Below, in pieces: positions 14,174 to 24,367 of a stretch of DNA of 64,000 nucleotides (within the stretch, counting starts at the first letter, position 1; every line of letters starts with the position of its first letter). This stretch comes from an uncultured Methanosarcinaceae archaeon. GTDB lineage: Archaea > Halobacteriota > Methanosarcinia > Methanosarcinales > Methanosarcinaceae. The stretch lies in assembly GCA_963847185.1 (NCBI GenBank), contig CAWJYV010000008.1:1102009-1166008 (forward strand), given 5' to 3'. Under the pieces are notes generated by a model. The model did no database searches. It was not told the DNA's origin and saw only the letters and a program-made list of their open reading frames with translations. Both the position numbers and the translations under genes were made by a program.

Positions 14174-15121
14174 TTACTTCTTTAACTGGATATACCCGAC
14201 TTCAGTCACTAGGCTCTGTCCTTTCTCGCTTGTTACAAAGTCAATGAATTCCTTTGTGAGGCCTGAGGGTTCCCCGTTGGTGTAGAAGTAGAGAGCCCTT
14301 GAAAGTGGGTATGCACCACTGAGGATGTTTTCAGAAGTTGGAGCTTCAGAGCCGTTTCCAGTATCCAGGTTAAGGGCTTTTACGCTTTCATCAAGGTATG
14401 CAACACCGATATATCCTATTGCATTGGTGTTCTGGGAAACTTCACCTACAATTCCACCTGTAGCAGGCTGGGTAAGGGCATCAGCCCGGTATTCGTCTCC
14501 CTGTAAAACTTCTTCCTTGAAGTATTCATAAGTTCCAGAACTGCTGTCCCTGGAAATCACTACAATTTCCTTATCCTCTCCGCCAACATCCTTCCAGTTG
14601 CTAACGCTTCCATTGTAGATGCCGCGAAGCTGATCAAAAGTAAGTTGAGTAACAGGATTCTGAGGGTTTACAATAACTGAAATACCGTCATAAGCAATGG
14701 TAGTCTCTACAGGATTGATACCTTTTGCCTTAGCTGCTTCGATTTCCTCAGATTTCATTTCTCTGGATGCGGTAGCAATATCTACCTCGCCGTCAATTAG
14801 AGCTGTGATACCAACACCAGACCCGCCCCCAGTAACTGTCACACTTTTCCCGGAGTTTTCAACCATGAACTCTTCAGCTTCAGCCTGTGCAAGAGGCAGA
14901 GCAGTGTCAGATCCCTTCAGAGAAATACTCTGTGCTCCACCAGCAGTAGCGTTCTGTGGTGCTTGTGGTGCTTCAGCAGCAGTGGTTTCCTGAACTGGAG
15001 CTCCTTCTGAAGAGGTTTCCTGAGATTCTCCACTATTTTTTTCAGTACATCCTATTCCCAGAAACACAAGTCCAATCACTAATAATAAAAGGACTGCGTA
15101 ATTTTTTAATTTATTCGCCAT
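14174..15121 (-). CDS. pstS: Phosphate ABC transporter substrate-binding lipoprotein
   Basis: Lipobox LGIGC, KGSDT, GGGSGVGI, DIATASR, SRDSSSGT, YPLSRALY. Confidence 0.96.
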   Translation of the reverse strand: MANKLKNYAVLLLLVIGLVFLGIGCTEKNSGESQETSSEGAPVQETTAAEAPQAPQNATAGGAQSISLKGSDTALPLAQAEAEEFMVENSGKSVTVTGGGSGVGITALIDGEVDIATASREMKSEEIEAAKAKGINPVETTIAYDGISVIVNPQNPVTQLTFDQLRGIYNGSVSNWKDVGGEDKEIVVISRDSSSGTYEYFKEEVLQGDEYRADALTQPATGGIVGEVSQNTNAIGYIGVAYLDESVKALNLDTGNGSEAPTSENILSGAYPLSRALYFYTNGEPSGLTKEFIDFVTSEKGQSLVTEVGYIQLKK

Positions 15122-15960
15122 GTCAAAGACACTCCTTTAAATAAATACAACTAATCAACAATCTACGTCCATTAACTGGTACTCGTACTATGCACAATAA
15201 AAGAAAGAGAGATATAAAGATTCTCGATATAGTCTATTGAGGACTGAATACGTGAATAGATTTGCATAATTGGGTAATTTAGTATATAGGTACTATATGA
15301 TATATGTATAAATGAAATTACTGTGTAAGAAAATACTTCTGACATTCTTTGGCATTAACTATGCATTAAAAATATTCCTTGGGAATACGCTAAAAATTTA
15401 CTATTAACAAAAAAGTCTTATTTTTCCTTGAAAATGCTAATATGGTGAAATTAAAGCTTAATTTTTTAGAAAACTATATCTCGTTTTCTATTATGACGTT
15501 AGCTCTGTTTTTTATAAGTTGGATTGAACTTCATATATTTCATATATATTATTAGGAATATTAGAAAGTTAGTAATAAAGTCTCACCTTCTTAACATCAG
15601 ATTTGTCATTAATCTTCTGTGCTCTACATTAGGGAGTTATAGGAAGACAGTTGATTCAGGAGTAAAATTTATTAGTTATTGAATTCATGGCAAAATCACT
15701 TTCATTTCATGTCAATTAGAGGTAATGAGTATGAGTTATTGAAAAACGTGAACATAAAATCTCTCTAAATTTGTCTCAAGTATAGGAAATTTACTCACCT
15801 TTTCGTAATCTATCAATAACTCACGGACAAATAATTTAATATATAGTTCTTTCTGATTTACGGATTATTTAGTTCTAATTAGTACTATTATCAAAATCTA
15901 TAGATATTTGGATAATGTATAAATATAAGGAGAACTAACCTATTTATCCAAGAAGGATTT

Positions 15961-16056
15961 AGCCCATTACGCCCTTCACCAAATCGTAAACCATCTAAAG
16001 TTCTCTTCCCTAGAATAGTACCCTTCTTCTAAGGGTGGAAACTGGGCTTTTTTCTT
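15961..16056 (+). ncRNA. Candidate small RNA with paired ends and U-tract
   Basis: AGCCCATTACGCCCTT pairs with AAGGGTGGAAACTGGGCT, followed by a T-tract; TATA-like elements at 15918-15948. Confidence 0.4.
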
Positions 16057-16449
16057 CTTTCAGGTAAATAGTACTTATTGTTGAAGCTTTGTTATATCCT
16101 GAAGCCTTTCAAAATTTGCGCTTTTTGTCCCCAAGTCTCTGAAATGTATGTTCTAATTTTAGTGTTGTCATACCTTCAAACCTCTTTCAATCTACCTCCA
16201 TATCCCGTACCGATCTTGTTGAGAGGGATAAGAGTAGACTCAATAAAGGAATTAAAAGAAAGAATCAGTCAAATGTAAATCAGATTGACGAAAAACCAGT
16301 CATATTTACGTGAAAATATAAATTGAAGAAAAGGCCAAAATGTCTGGGGAATTGTAATCTAAATAATGGGAATTAATTAGGAATCGAAACATTAGTTTTT
16401 ATTCACATAAAGTGATGAAGTAAATGTTTAGTTTCCCTTGTTCTAATGT

Positions 16450-16575
16450 TTAAAAACAATATTTTAGTAGGAGGAGGTAAGGAGTGAACCCTCCTCCTAA
16501 CTCGGAGGTTGATTTTTTAGTACTCATGCAGGAAAAATATGCCAGAATTCCTAGATGAGTTTTCTATTCAGATAA
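16450..16575 (-). ncRNA. Candidate trans-acting sRNA: hairpin, anti-SD linker, hairpin, U-tract
   Basis: Minus-strand BRE/TATA CGAAAGAGTTAAATA (16598-16612); hairpin ACUCAU.UAGGAA/UUCCUG.AUGAGU; linker AAUCAACCUCCG; hairpin UAGGAGGAGG/CCUCCUCCUA; UUUUU. Confidence 0.6.
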
Positions 16576-16939
16576 TATATATATTACGTATGAAATGTAT
16601 TTAACTCTTTCGCTTTAATACAACTGTTGGAGTTATTGAGTCTTTACTTTCATTTTTATTTCGTACAAAAAATATACAAGTTATATATGAGAAAATCGAA
16701 TTATACCCCTATCTTTTAATCCATTATTTCATTTCCAAGTTACTCTCTTCAATTGCAATTACTAATGAGCTTTTTATTTAGAAATAGGGAATTTAATTAC
16801 TTTTTTTAGAATAAGAGCCCTAAAGTTGCCTATAAATTTTTTAAAAATATCGGAAGACTAATATCAGAGTAAACCTATATAAATAATTCAATTCCAAAAA
16901 TCCAAACATCTTTTTACAGGATCTTAATGGAAAATCTCA

Positions 16940-17704
16940 ATGGAAAGGGGTTTTGACATGTTCTCACTTAACGAACAAAAAGCTATTGAACTTGGCGAAT
17001 CTGGCGAGAAGGCAATAAGGGAGCAAAATGACTATGATGCCCTTCAATATGTTGAATACCTGAGGGAATTCGGGGAAGAGTTGCTCGAGGCAAATCTGGA
17101 GACAGACTTAAAGAGAGTCGTAATCTCACTTCGGAACATAGGCAATAAAGCTATCCAGAAAAGGATGGAAAATATTGCTTCTGAAACTCTGGAAACCCTT
17201 AAAAAACTTGCGGAGCCTGCGCTGGAAAAGAATCTCTCAAATGCACTCTGGTCTTTTTCAAAAGCTGTCCAGGAAATAGGAAAAGGAACTGTACAATTCC
17301 AGATGCTTGAACCTGCAAAAGCTGCTATAGAAATCCTTAATATTATAGGAACAGGGGCTGTTGCAAAAAAAATGGAGGTTGTAACCCTCTGGACAACTCT
17401 GGCTCTTGAGGAAATGGACTTTCTGGCAAACAGGCAGAATCTTGAAGACCTCAGCAAAGCAGCAAAAGATGCCAGGGAAGGAATAATAAAATCTTCGGAA
17501 ACTGCAGGTTTTATTCCGAGGGACCAGATTGAAAAATACCCTCAGCTTATTGCCCATACATTAAGCGAGTTTTCGGAGCTTCAGAACCTTCAGCCTGCAG
17601 GTTATGCGGGTAGGCCTAATGAAGAATTCACGGAAGAAGAATTTTTTGAAGAAGAAATCGAAGAGGAACCTGAGGCTTCAGGAAAGAAGAAATCAGCTGA
17701 TTGA
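16940..17704 (+). CDS. Hypothetical alpha-helical protein with acidic C-terminal tail
   Basis: Long ORF with typical codon usage; repeated IG..A helical units; start may be 16958. Confidence 0.8.
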   Translation: MERGFDMFSLNEQKAIELGESGEKAIREQNDYDALQYVEYLREFGEELLEANLETDLKRVVISLRNIGNKAIQKRMENIASETLETLKKLAEPALEKNLSNALWSFSKAVQEIGKGTVQFQMLEPAKAAIEILNIIGTGAVAKKMEVVTLWTTLALEEMDFLANRQNLEDLSKAAKDAREGIIKSSETAGFIPRDQIEKYPQLIAHTLSEFSELQNLQPAGYAGRPNEEFTEEEFFEEEIEEEPEASGKKKSAD

Positions 17705-17765
17705 GATTGCAAGCTTTGCTTCTATTACAAGATTTTGCTTATATTAGATAAAAAATTTTGGCTGT

Positions 17766-18368
17766 TTAAACAGCCATTTGCTTCTTTTTATAATTTCTGG
17801 AAACTTCCAGAAACCTTTCGATTATTTTCAATCCTTCTGGTGTAAGTACGGATTCTGGATGGAACTGCAGCCCATAGATTGGGTACTTCACGTGTTCTAC
17901 TGCCATTATAGTCCCATCTTCTGCCTGAGCAGTAACCTTTATTCCGGGAGCCGGCTCGCCAATCTCAAGGGAATGGTAACGTCCTGCCTCGAATGAACCT
18001 TTAAATGCTGTGAAAAGTGCCGAGCCCTTATGTAAAATCTTTGAACTTTTCCCATGAACTGGCCCGACTTTACACCTTCTGACAGGCCCCCCAAAAGCTA
18101 CATTAATTGCCTGGTGCCCGAGGCATACTCCAAGAAGGGGAACTTCCCTGCCCATTTCCCTGATTATTTCCAGACAATTGCCTATGTCCCTTGGATCCGA
18201 AGGGCTCCCTGGACCAGGAGAAATTACCAGGGCATCGGGTTTTATCTCTCTAAGCTCTTCTAAGGTAACTGTATTGGGAAGAACCAGGGTGTCTTTCTCA
18301 AAATAAGAAATGTAGTCTACCAGATTCCATACAAAGGAATCTTTATTGTTTATGAAAACCACTTTCAT
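17766..18368 (-). CDS. trpG: Anthranilate synthase component II (glutamine amidotransferase)
   Basis: NNKDSF, ISPGPG, GVCLGHQ, RYHSL, QFHPES; in trp operon. Confidence 0.96.
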   Translation of the reverse strand: MKVVFINNKDSFVWNLVDYISYFEKDTLVLPNTVTLEELREIKPDALVISPGPGSPSDPRDIGNCLEIIREMGREVPLLGVCLGHQAINVAFGGPVRRCKVGPVHGKSSKILHKGSALFTAFKGSFEAGRYHSLEIGEPAPGIKVTAQAEDGTIMAVEHVKYPIYGLQFHPESVLTPEGLKIIERFLEVSRNYKKKQMAV

Positions 18369-18391
18369 CTGAAAAACTCCTCCTGATACTT

Positions 18392-20167
18392 TTATATAAT
18401 TTCTTCACAACTTTTTATTTTCACTTTGTCCATCTCAAAGTCGTTGTCAATAGCCGTAAGCATTGCTGCCATTTTACGCTCGGTTTCCCTGAATTCATAA
18501 GCAGGATCAGAATCCGCAACAATTCCTGCTCCTGCCTGCACGGAAGCTTTCTTGCCCTTTACAAGCACTGTTCGGATTACGATTGCAAAATCTGCGTCCC
18601 CATTCCAGCTATAGTATCCGACTCCTCCTCCATAGATTCCCCTAGGAGAGCGTTCAAGTTCGGAAATAATTTCCATGGCACGGATTTTCGGGGCTCCTGA
18701 TAGTGTTCCTGCCGGAAATACCGCCCTGAAAGCATCAAACTGGTCGCATTCCGGTCTCAGGTTTCCCAAAACCGTGCTTTCTATATGCTGGACATGTGAA
18801 TACTTCAGAACTTTCATAAAACCAGAAACTTTTACCGAGCCGCTCTCAGTAACCATCCTCACATCATTTCTCCCTAGGTCAACAAGCATGACATGTTCAG
18901 CTCTTTCTTTTTCATCGTGGAGCATATGAGAAGCAAGGGCTTCGTCCTCGGTTTCGGATTTTCCTCGAGGGCAGGTGCCTGCAATCGGGTTTGTGATTAC
19001 GGTTCTCTTGTGTACGGTCAGCAGAGTTTCAGGGCTTGCTCCGACAATTGCCTGGTCTCCGAACTCGAAGATGTACATATAAGGACTTGGATTGATCGCC
19101 CGAAGCTGCATGTAGAGTTCGAAAGGAGACTGCTCAAGGTTGAACTCACATTTTCTTGAAAGCACTACCTGGAAAATATCCCCTGCAAAAATGTGTTCTT
19201 TTGCCTGGACTACGGAATTTTCAAACATCTGCCTGTCAGTACAGACTGAGGCAGATAAGCCTGAAACTGTTGAACCTGAACTTGTCGAACCTGAGATTGT
19301 AGATGTCTTTGAAGCTCTGGATACGCTTGGATATGCTGTTTCAATCGAATCTCCGTATAAAGCAGTTTCCTTGAGGGTTGAGCAAAGTATTTCTGCCTCA
19401 TGAAGGGCTTTTTCATACAAAATTCCGGCATCTGAGCCAGGATTAATGAGGGGAGTGATCGAGATATAAATCTCATCAGTCAAATGATCGAACACAAAGG
19501 TTTTTGAGACCAGCAGATACTGAAGTTCAGGAATTTCGGATTCAAATCCTTTTTCGACACCGAGCCAGCTGTCATAGATTGCATCATAAGCCGTATAACC
19601 TATAGCCCCGCCCAGGAAAGTTTGCCTGTCAAAACGTTTACCGTTGAGGAGTTCCATCCCGTTTGCAGGAGAAAAAGCCAGGCGAAGAGCATCAAATGAA
19701 TCTTTTCCTTTAGGAATTGTAGCTGCAAACTGCAGGTTTTTAGGCTTCTGCCTGTTTTCAGAGTGTTTTTCCCGACTCTTCTCTGAATTATTCTCCGAAT
19801 TTTCCCTTTTCACGGCTTCAGGTCCGAATACTTCTTCCATTTTCGAGCAAATCGATTCGAAAAGAACCGAAGCTTTCGGGTTCAGGAGTTCAAGGGAGAC
19901 TTTTCGGTCACTTATTTTAATCACGGCGTCAGGATCGCTTCCAACAAAGGAGTATCTTGCATGGCTTGCCTGTTTTTCTACAGACTCCAGCAGATAAAAA
20001 TACTCTGAAGTTCCTGAAACTCGCAAAGCATGGTAAAGCTCAAGGGGTGAACAGGCAGGAGAACCTGTATCGACTTTCGCAAGGAGCTGGATAAGGCCTG
20101 GCTGTTTCAGTTCCGATGCAAGCTCTTTGAATTCTTCTTTTCCAAGGTCAAAGGAAAGCACTGGCAC
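18392..20167 (-). CDS. trpE: Anthranilate synthase component I
   Basis: LLES, NPSPYM, GASPE, PIAGT, KERAEHVMLVDLGRND, PAGTLSGAPK. Confidence 0.97.
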   Translation of the reverse strand: MPVLSFDLGKEEFKELASELKQPGLIQLLAKVDTGSPACSPLELYHALRVSGTSEYFYLLESVEKQASHARYSFVGSDPDAVIKISDRKVSLELLNPKASVLFESICSKMEEVFGPEAVKRENSENNSEKSREKHSENRQKPKNLQFAATIPKGKDSFDALRLAFSPANGMELLNGKRFDRQTFLGGAIGYTAYDAIYDSWLGVEKGFESEIPELQYLLVSKTFVFDHLTDEIYISITPLINPGSDAGILYEKALHEAEILCSTLKETALYGDSIETAYPSVSRASKTSTISGSTSSGSTVSGLSASVCTDRQMFENSVVQAKEHIFAGDIFQVVLSRKCEFNLEQSPFELYMQLRAINPSPYMYIFEFGDQAIVGASPETLLTVHKRTVITNPIAGTCPRGKSETEDEALASHMLHDEKERAEHVMLVDLGRNDVRMVTESGSVKVSGFMKVLKYSHVQHIESTVLGNLRPECDQFDAFRAVFPAGTLSGAPKIRAMEIISELERSPRGIYGGGVGYYSWNGDADFAIVIRTVLVKGKKASVQAGAGIVADSDPAYEFRETERKMAAMLTAIDNDFEMDKVKIKSCEEII

Positions 20168-20873
20168 ACCTCACTTCTTCAATAAAACTTTTGATTTTCA
20201 CGGCATCTTTTTTTCCGCAGGTTTCAACTCCTGATGCCGTATCAACAGCATAAGGAGAAACAACCCTAATTGCTTCCTGAATATTTTCGGGTTTGAGACC
20301 ACCTGCAAGAATAAGAGGAAGCTTTGTTTCTTCAGCAATTTTTTTGCTCAAAGTCCAGTCGTGGATACAACCCGTTCCCCCGGGCTTTCCGGATTTTCCA
20401 GTATCGAGCAGAATAGAATCTACAACAGATGCTTCTTCCAGCAGACTAACCTGTTCCATCAGCTCGGAGATAAAAGCAGTATTTTCTGTTTTTTTCGCCT
20501 CTTTTCCTGAAGTTTCCTCTCTTGCAGGTACGGAAAGGGTCTTTATGATAGGAATATCCGCTTTTTCTTTTACTATTTCAAGCTCGGAAAGGGACAGCAT
20601 GGAATGAATTTGTACGATATCGGGTCCGATTTTGTCAATAAGTTCAAGAGCCTCTCTGGAATTTTCCGGCATTATAACAAGTACGGAACTCAGGCCTTTC
20701 GGGACTTCTGAGACGAGAGCTGCAGCAGTGTCCGAATCCAGCTTTCTTGGGCTTTCTACAGGGACTTCGGTTATAAAACCAACCGCATCGGCGCCGTAGA
20801 GATCTGCAAGTTCTATTTCCTCAGGACTGCGGATCCCGCAGATTTTTATTCTTGTTCTGGGTTTTATTTTCAT
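20148..20873 (-). CDS. trpF: Phosphoribosylanthranilate isomerase
   Basis: KICGI, GADAVGF, QIH, GGTG..HDW, LAGGL, VDTASGVE. Confidence 0.96.
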   Translation of the reverse strand: MKIKPRTRIKICGIRSPEEIELADLYGADAVGFITEVPVESPRKLDSDTAAALVSEVPKGLSSVLVIMPENSREALELIDKIGPDIVQIHSMLSLSELEIVKEKADIPIIKTLSVPAREETSGKEAKKTENTAFISELMEQVSLLEEASVVDSILLDTGKSGKPGGTGCIHDWTLSKKIAEETKLPLILAGGLKPENIQEAIRVVSPYAVDTASGVETCGKKDAVKIKSFIEEVRCASAFL

Positions 20874-21973
20874 GCCTTTTCCCCCGATGCCGTGCTTAAC
20901 ACGGAAACCGAGGAAGGTGACAGAATTCCGTTTTCCTTACAAAAATGCTGTTTCTTTTCCTTTTCGTAAAGTTCTGTGGTAAAAGTCCTGAACTGATTGA
21001 ATTTGACCATTACCTTTCCGTTGTCTATTGCATCTTCGGCAATAGGAATTGCCTGCTTGATGGAACCCACTATCCCGCTCACATAAAGGGCTGCAGCTGC
21101 ATTCATGACTACAAGGTCTCTTTTTGGGCCTTTCTGGCCTTTAAAAATGCACAGCAGGTCTCTTGCATTCTCTTTCGGCGTTCCTCCTTTTATATCCTCA
21201 AGATTTGCTCGCAATATGCCAAGAGATTCTGGGGTTATCGTATAGGTTGAAACCTCACCGTTTTTCAATTCTGCAACATAGGTCTCACCTGTGTTTGTGA
21301 TCTCATCCATTCCATCCCCATTGACAACCATGGCATGTTCGGTTCCAAGTTCTGCAAGGGCGTAAGCTATCGGCTCACAGAGCTTTTTATCAAAAACTCC
21401 TATTATCTGCCCTTTTGCACCTGCAGGATTTGTCAGGGGGCCGAGGATGTTGAAGACAGTACGGACTCCTAGTTTTTTTCTGACTCCTGCAACCCTCTTC
21501 ATAGCAGGGTGGAATATCGGAGCAAACATGAACCCTATACCTATCTCTTCTATTGTCTTCCTGACATTTTCCGGCGAAAGATCAACTTTAATTCCAAGGG
21601 CCTCAAGTGCATCCGAACTTCCTGACTTTGAAGTTGCGGCTCTATTTCCATGTTTGGCCACAGGGACGCCTGCTGCTGCAGTCACTATTGCTGCTGCTGT
21701 CGAGACATTGATTGTATTAAGGCCGTCTCCTCCTGTTCCGCAGGTGTCAACAAGCCTGAAAGACACTCTGGGCCTGATTGTTTTCCCGACTTTTCTCATC
21801 CCTCTAACAAAACCCGCGATTTCTTCGGGTTTTTCCCCTTTTGCCCTCAATGCAAGCAGAAACGCTCCTATTTCTTCATCTTCAGCCGTACTTAGAATTT
21901 CAGCTACTGATGCTTCGGCTTCTTCGGGACTCAGGTCACAGCCTTCCTCCAGTTTTTTAATGTATTTCTGCAT
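20870..21973 (-). CDS. trpD: Anthranilate phosphoribosyltransferase
   Basis: DTCGTGGDG, NVST, KHGNR, GSSD, RTVFNILGPLTNP, DGMDE. Confidence 0.97.
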   Translation of the reverse strand: MQKYIKKLEEGCDLSPEEAEASVAEILSTAEDEEIGAFLLALRAKGEKPEEIAGFVRGMRKVGKTIRPRVSFRLVDTCGTGGDGLNTINVSTAAAIVTAAAGVPVAKHGNRAATSKSGSSDALEALGIKVDLSPENVRKTIEEIGIGFMFAPIFHPAMKRVAGVRKKLGVRTVFNILGPLTNPAGAKGQIIGVFDKKLCEPIAYALAELGTEHAMVVNGDGMDEITNTGETYVAELKNGEVSTYTITPESLGILRANLEDIKGGTPKENARDLLCIFKGQKGPKRDLVVMNAAAALYVSGIVGSIKQAIPIAEDAIDNGKVMVKFNQFRTFTTELYEKEKKQHFCKENGILSPSSVSVLSTASGEKA

Positions 21974-22107
21974 CTTTCCTACCTCCTTTCAAACTCCCAC
22001 TTCTTCCTTTGTGATTTATTGCAAAATCGTGATCTTGTTAACGTTTATGATTTCTCCTGTTTCGTTAACTTTTTTGATTTTTCCCAGATTTTTCCTGCCT
22101 TTCCCAT

Positions 22108-22959
22108 TTAATTGGCTTTCAGCATTCCGGATTTGAGTTCTCTTGCAAGGGCTTCCAGCCTCTCGTTTACATCTTTACATTCTTCAATAATCTTGACAAA
22201 TGCCGAGCCGACTATAACAGCATCGGCTCCAGCTTTTCTAACTTCTTCTGCCTGCTTTCCTGTGGATATCCCGAATCCTACAGCTTTTGGAATTTCGGTT
22301 TCCACTCTTGCAAGCAGGTCTTTAGCAGAGGATGATACGTCTTCTCTGGTTCCTGTGACTCCGAGTCTTGAGACGAGATATATGAACCCTGAACCCCTTT
22401 GCAGGATCTTTTTAATTCTATCATTGGTTGTTGTGGGTGCAACCAGGAAGATCAGGTCAAGTCCGTACTTTTCGCAGTTGCTCTTCAGATCGGCTGCTTC
22501 TTCGACCGGGATATCGGGTATGATCAGCCCTCCGATTCCTGCTTTTGCTGCCCCTTCCACAAACTTTTCCACCCCATACCTGAATACAGGGTTGTAATAG
22601 GTCATGCACACGAGAGGAATCCTGACATCGAGAGTTTTAACAAGCTCAAAATAATGCCTGATATCCATGCCTGCTGCAAGCGCTCTCTGCCCCGCTACCT
22701 GGATTGTCGGACCATCGGCTACGGGATCTGAGAAAGGAAAACCAAGTTCTATAATATCTGCTCCGCCTGCAGCCAGAGCTTTTACAAACTTCGATGTTGC
22801 TTCTGCAGAGGGGTCTCCTGCCATTATGTAGCAGATAAGAGCTCCTTCCTTTCTGTCCCTGAGTTCGCTGAATTTTTCTGAGATTTTTTGTCTTGTTACC
22901 CCGGCTTTCATTTCAGCTTTCATTTCGGTTTTCAGCTCAGTTCTTACTTCAGTTCCCAT
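22108..22959 (-). CDS. trpA: Tryptophan synthase alpha chain
   Basis: ELGFPFSDPVADGPTIQ, MTYYNP, GVTG, VGFGIS, VIVGSA. Confidence 0.97.
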   Translation of the reverse strand: MGTEVRTELKTEMKAEMKAGVTRQKISEKFSELRDRKEGALICYIMAGDPSAEATSKFVKALAAGGADIIELGFPFSDPVADGPTIQVAGQRALAAGMDIRHYFELVKTLDVRIPLVCMTYYNPVFRYGVEKFVEGAAKAGIGGLIIPDIPVEEAADLKSNCEKYGLDLIFLVAPTTTNDRIKKILQRGSGFIYLVSRLGVTGTREDVSSSAKDLLARVETEIPKAVGFGISTGKQAEEVRKAGADAVIVGSAFVKIIEECKDVNERLEALARELKSGMLKAN

Positions 22960-22960
22960 C

Positions 22961-24169
22961 TCAGATCCCTCTTTTCAGGCTCAGGACGGTTTCAAGGTCT
23001 TTATCCCCTCGTCCTGACAGGTTTACAACCACAACCTCTTCCAGTTCTCCGGCTTCTGCTGCTTTCTTCAGATAAGCAAGGGCATGGGAAGATTCCAGAG
23101 CAGGAATTATTCCTTCAAGCCGGCTCAATTCATGAAAAGCTTCAAGGGCTTCGTCGTCAATCGCGTAACGGGCTGTAACCCTGCCGCTTTCGGCCAGGTA
23201 AGCCAGTTCAGGCCCTACTCCTGAGTAATCAAGCCCTGCAGAAATGGATTCGGATTCAAGTATCTGCCCGTTTTTATCCTGCAGCACTTTTGTCCTGGCC
23301 CCATGCAGAATTCCTTCTTCTCCTGCACAGAGGCAGGCTGAGTGAAGAGCTGCTTTTTCCGTACTTTTCAGGGCTTTTCCTCCGGCTTCAACAGCAATTA
23401 GTTTGACTTCTCTGTCTTCTACAAAAGGATGGAAAATTCCCATTGCGTTACTCCCACCGCCAGCGCAGGCAATAATCGAATCAGGCAGACGCCCTTCCTT
23501 TTCAAGAATCTGCTCTTTTACCTCGCGTCCGATAACGCTTTGAAAATCCCTTACAATTACAGGATAGGGATGAGGGCCAACTACCGAGCCGATCAGGTAG
23601 TGTGTATTTCCAATGTTTGTGACCCAATCCCTGAAGGCCTCATTAATTGCATCCTTGAGAGTTTTTGAGCCTGTATGCACGGCTTTTACTTCGGTACCCA
23701 TTAGTTCCATGCGGTATGCATTCATCTGCTGGCGTTTGACGTCTTTTGCCCCCATGTACACAATGGTTTCAAATCCGAGATTCGCTCCTGCCATTGCTGT
23801 TGCAGTCCCATGCTGTCCTGCCCCGGTTTCTGCGATCAACCTTTTCTTTCCCATGTATTTTGCAAGCAGGGCCTGCCCTATTGCGTTGTTTAATTTATGG
23901 GCCCCTCCGTGCACAAGGTCTTCTCGCTTAAGGTAAATTTTTGATCCGTATTTTTTGCTCAGGTTTCTGGCAAGATAAAGAGGTGTTTTTCTGCCTGCAA
24001 AATCCCGAAGGTAATGGTCGAGTTCTGCAAGAAACTCGGGGTCGTTTTTATATCTCTCATATCCTTTTTCCAGTTCTTCCAAAGCAGGCATGAGGACTTC
24101 TGGTACGTATTGTCCTCCATATTTTCCATACTTCCCTTTTACCTGTAGTTCTGTTATAGTTCCTGTCAA
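22961..24169 (-). CDS. trpB: Tryptophan synthase beta chain
   Basis: [15 protein letters not shown] (PLP Lys), [29 protein letters not shown]; TTG start. Confidence 0.98.
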   Translation of the reverse strand: MTGTITELQVKGKYGKYGGQYVPEVLMPALEELEKGYERYKNDPEFLAELDHYLRDFAGRKTPLYLARNLSKKYGSKIYLKREDLVHGGAHKLNNAIGQALLAKYMGKKRLIAETGAGQHGTATAMAGANLGFETIVYMGAKDVKRQQMNAYRMELMGTEVKAVHTGSKTLKDAINEAFRDWVTNIGNTHYLIGSVVGPHPYPVIVRDFQSVIGREVKEQILEKEGRLPDSIIACAGGGSNAMGIFHPFVEDREVKLIAVEAGGKALKSTEKAALHSACLCAGEEGILHGARTKVLQDKNGQILESESISAGLDYSGVGPELAYLAESGRVTARYAIDDEALEAFHELSRLEGIIPALESSHALAYLKKAAEAGELEEVVVVNLSGRGDKDLETVLSLKRGI

Positions 24170-24185
24170 TTCAATTACTCCCTTG

Positions 24186-24253
24186 TTTAATCTGGTAATT
24201 TTAATCTGGTAATTTTAATCTGGTAATTTTAATCTGGTAATTTTAATCTGGTA
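24186..24253. repeat. 14-bp tandem repeat (TTTAATCTGGTAAT) x~5 between trpC and trpB
   Basis: Direct reading. Confidence 0.95.
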
Positions 24254-24367
24254 GCTTAATTTCTGAGTTCCATAATTTCATGAAATAAAATTCGGTTTTC
24301 GAGTGAATCGGATTTTCCAGTCCGAATTCAGGCAGGCCGAAAGCTCCGGATAATACAGGAAAAACAG

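Noticed and set aside
21447-22731. Long antisense ORFs over trpD/trpA (and similar ones over other genes)
   Set aside because: Antisense shadows of well-supported genes
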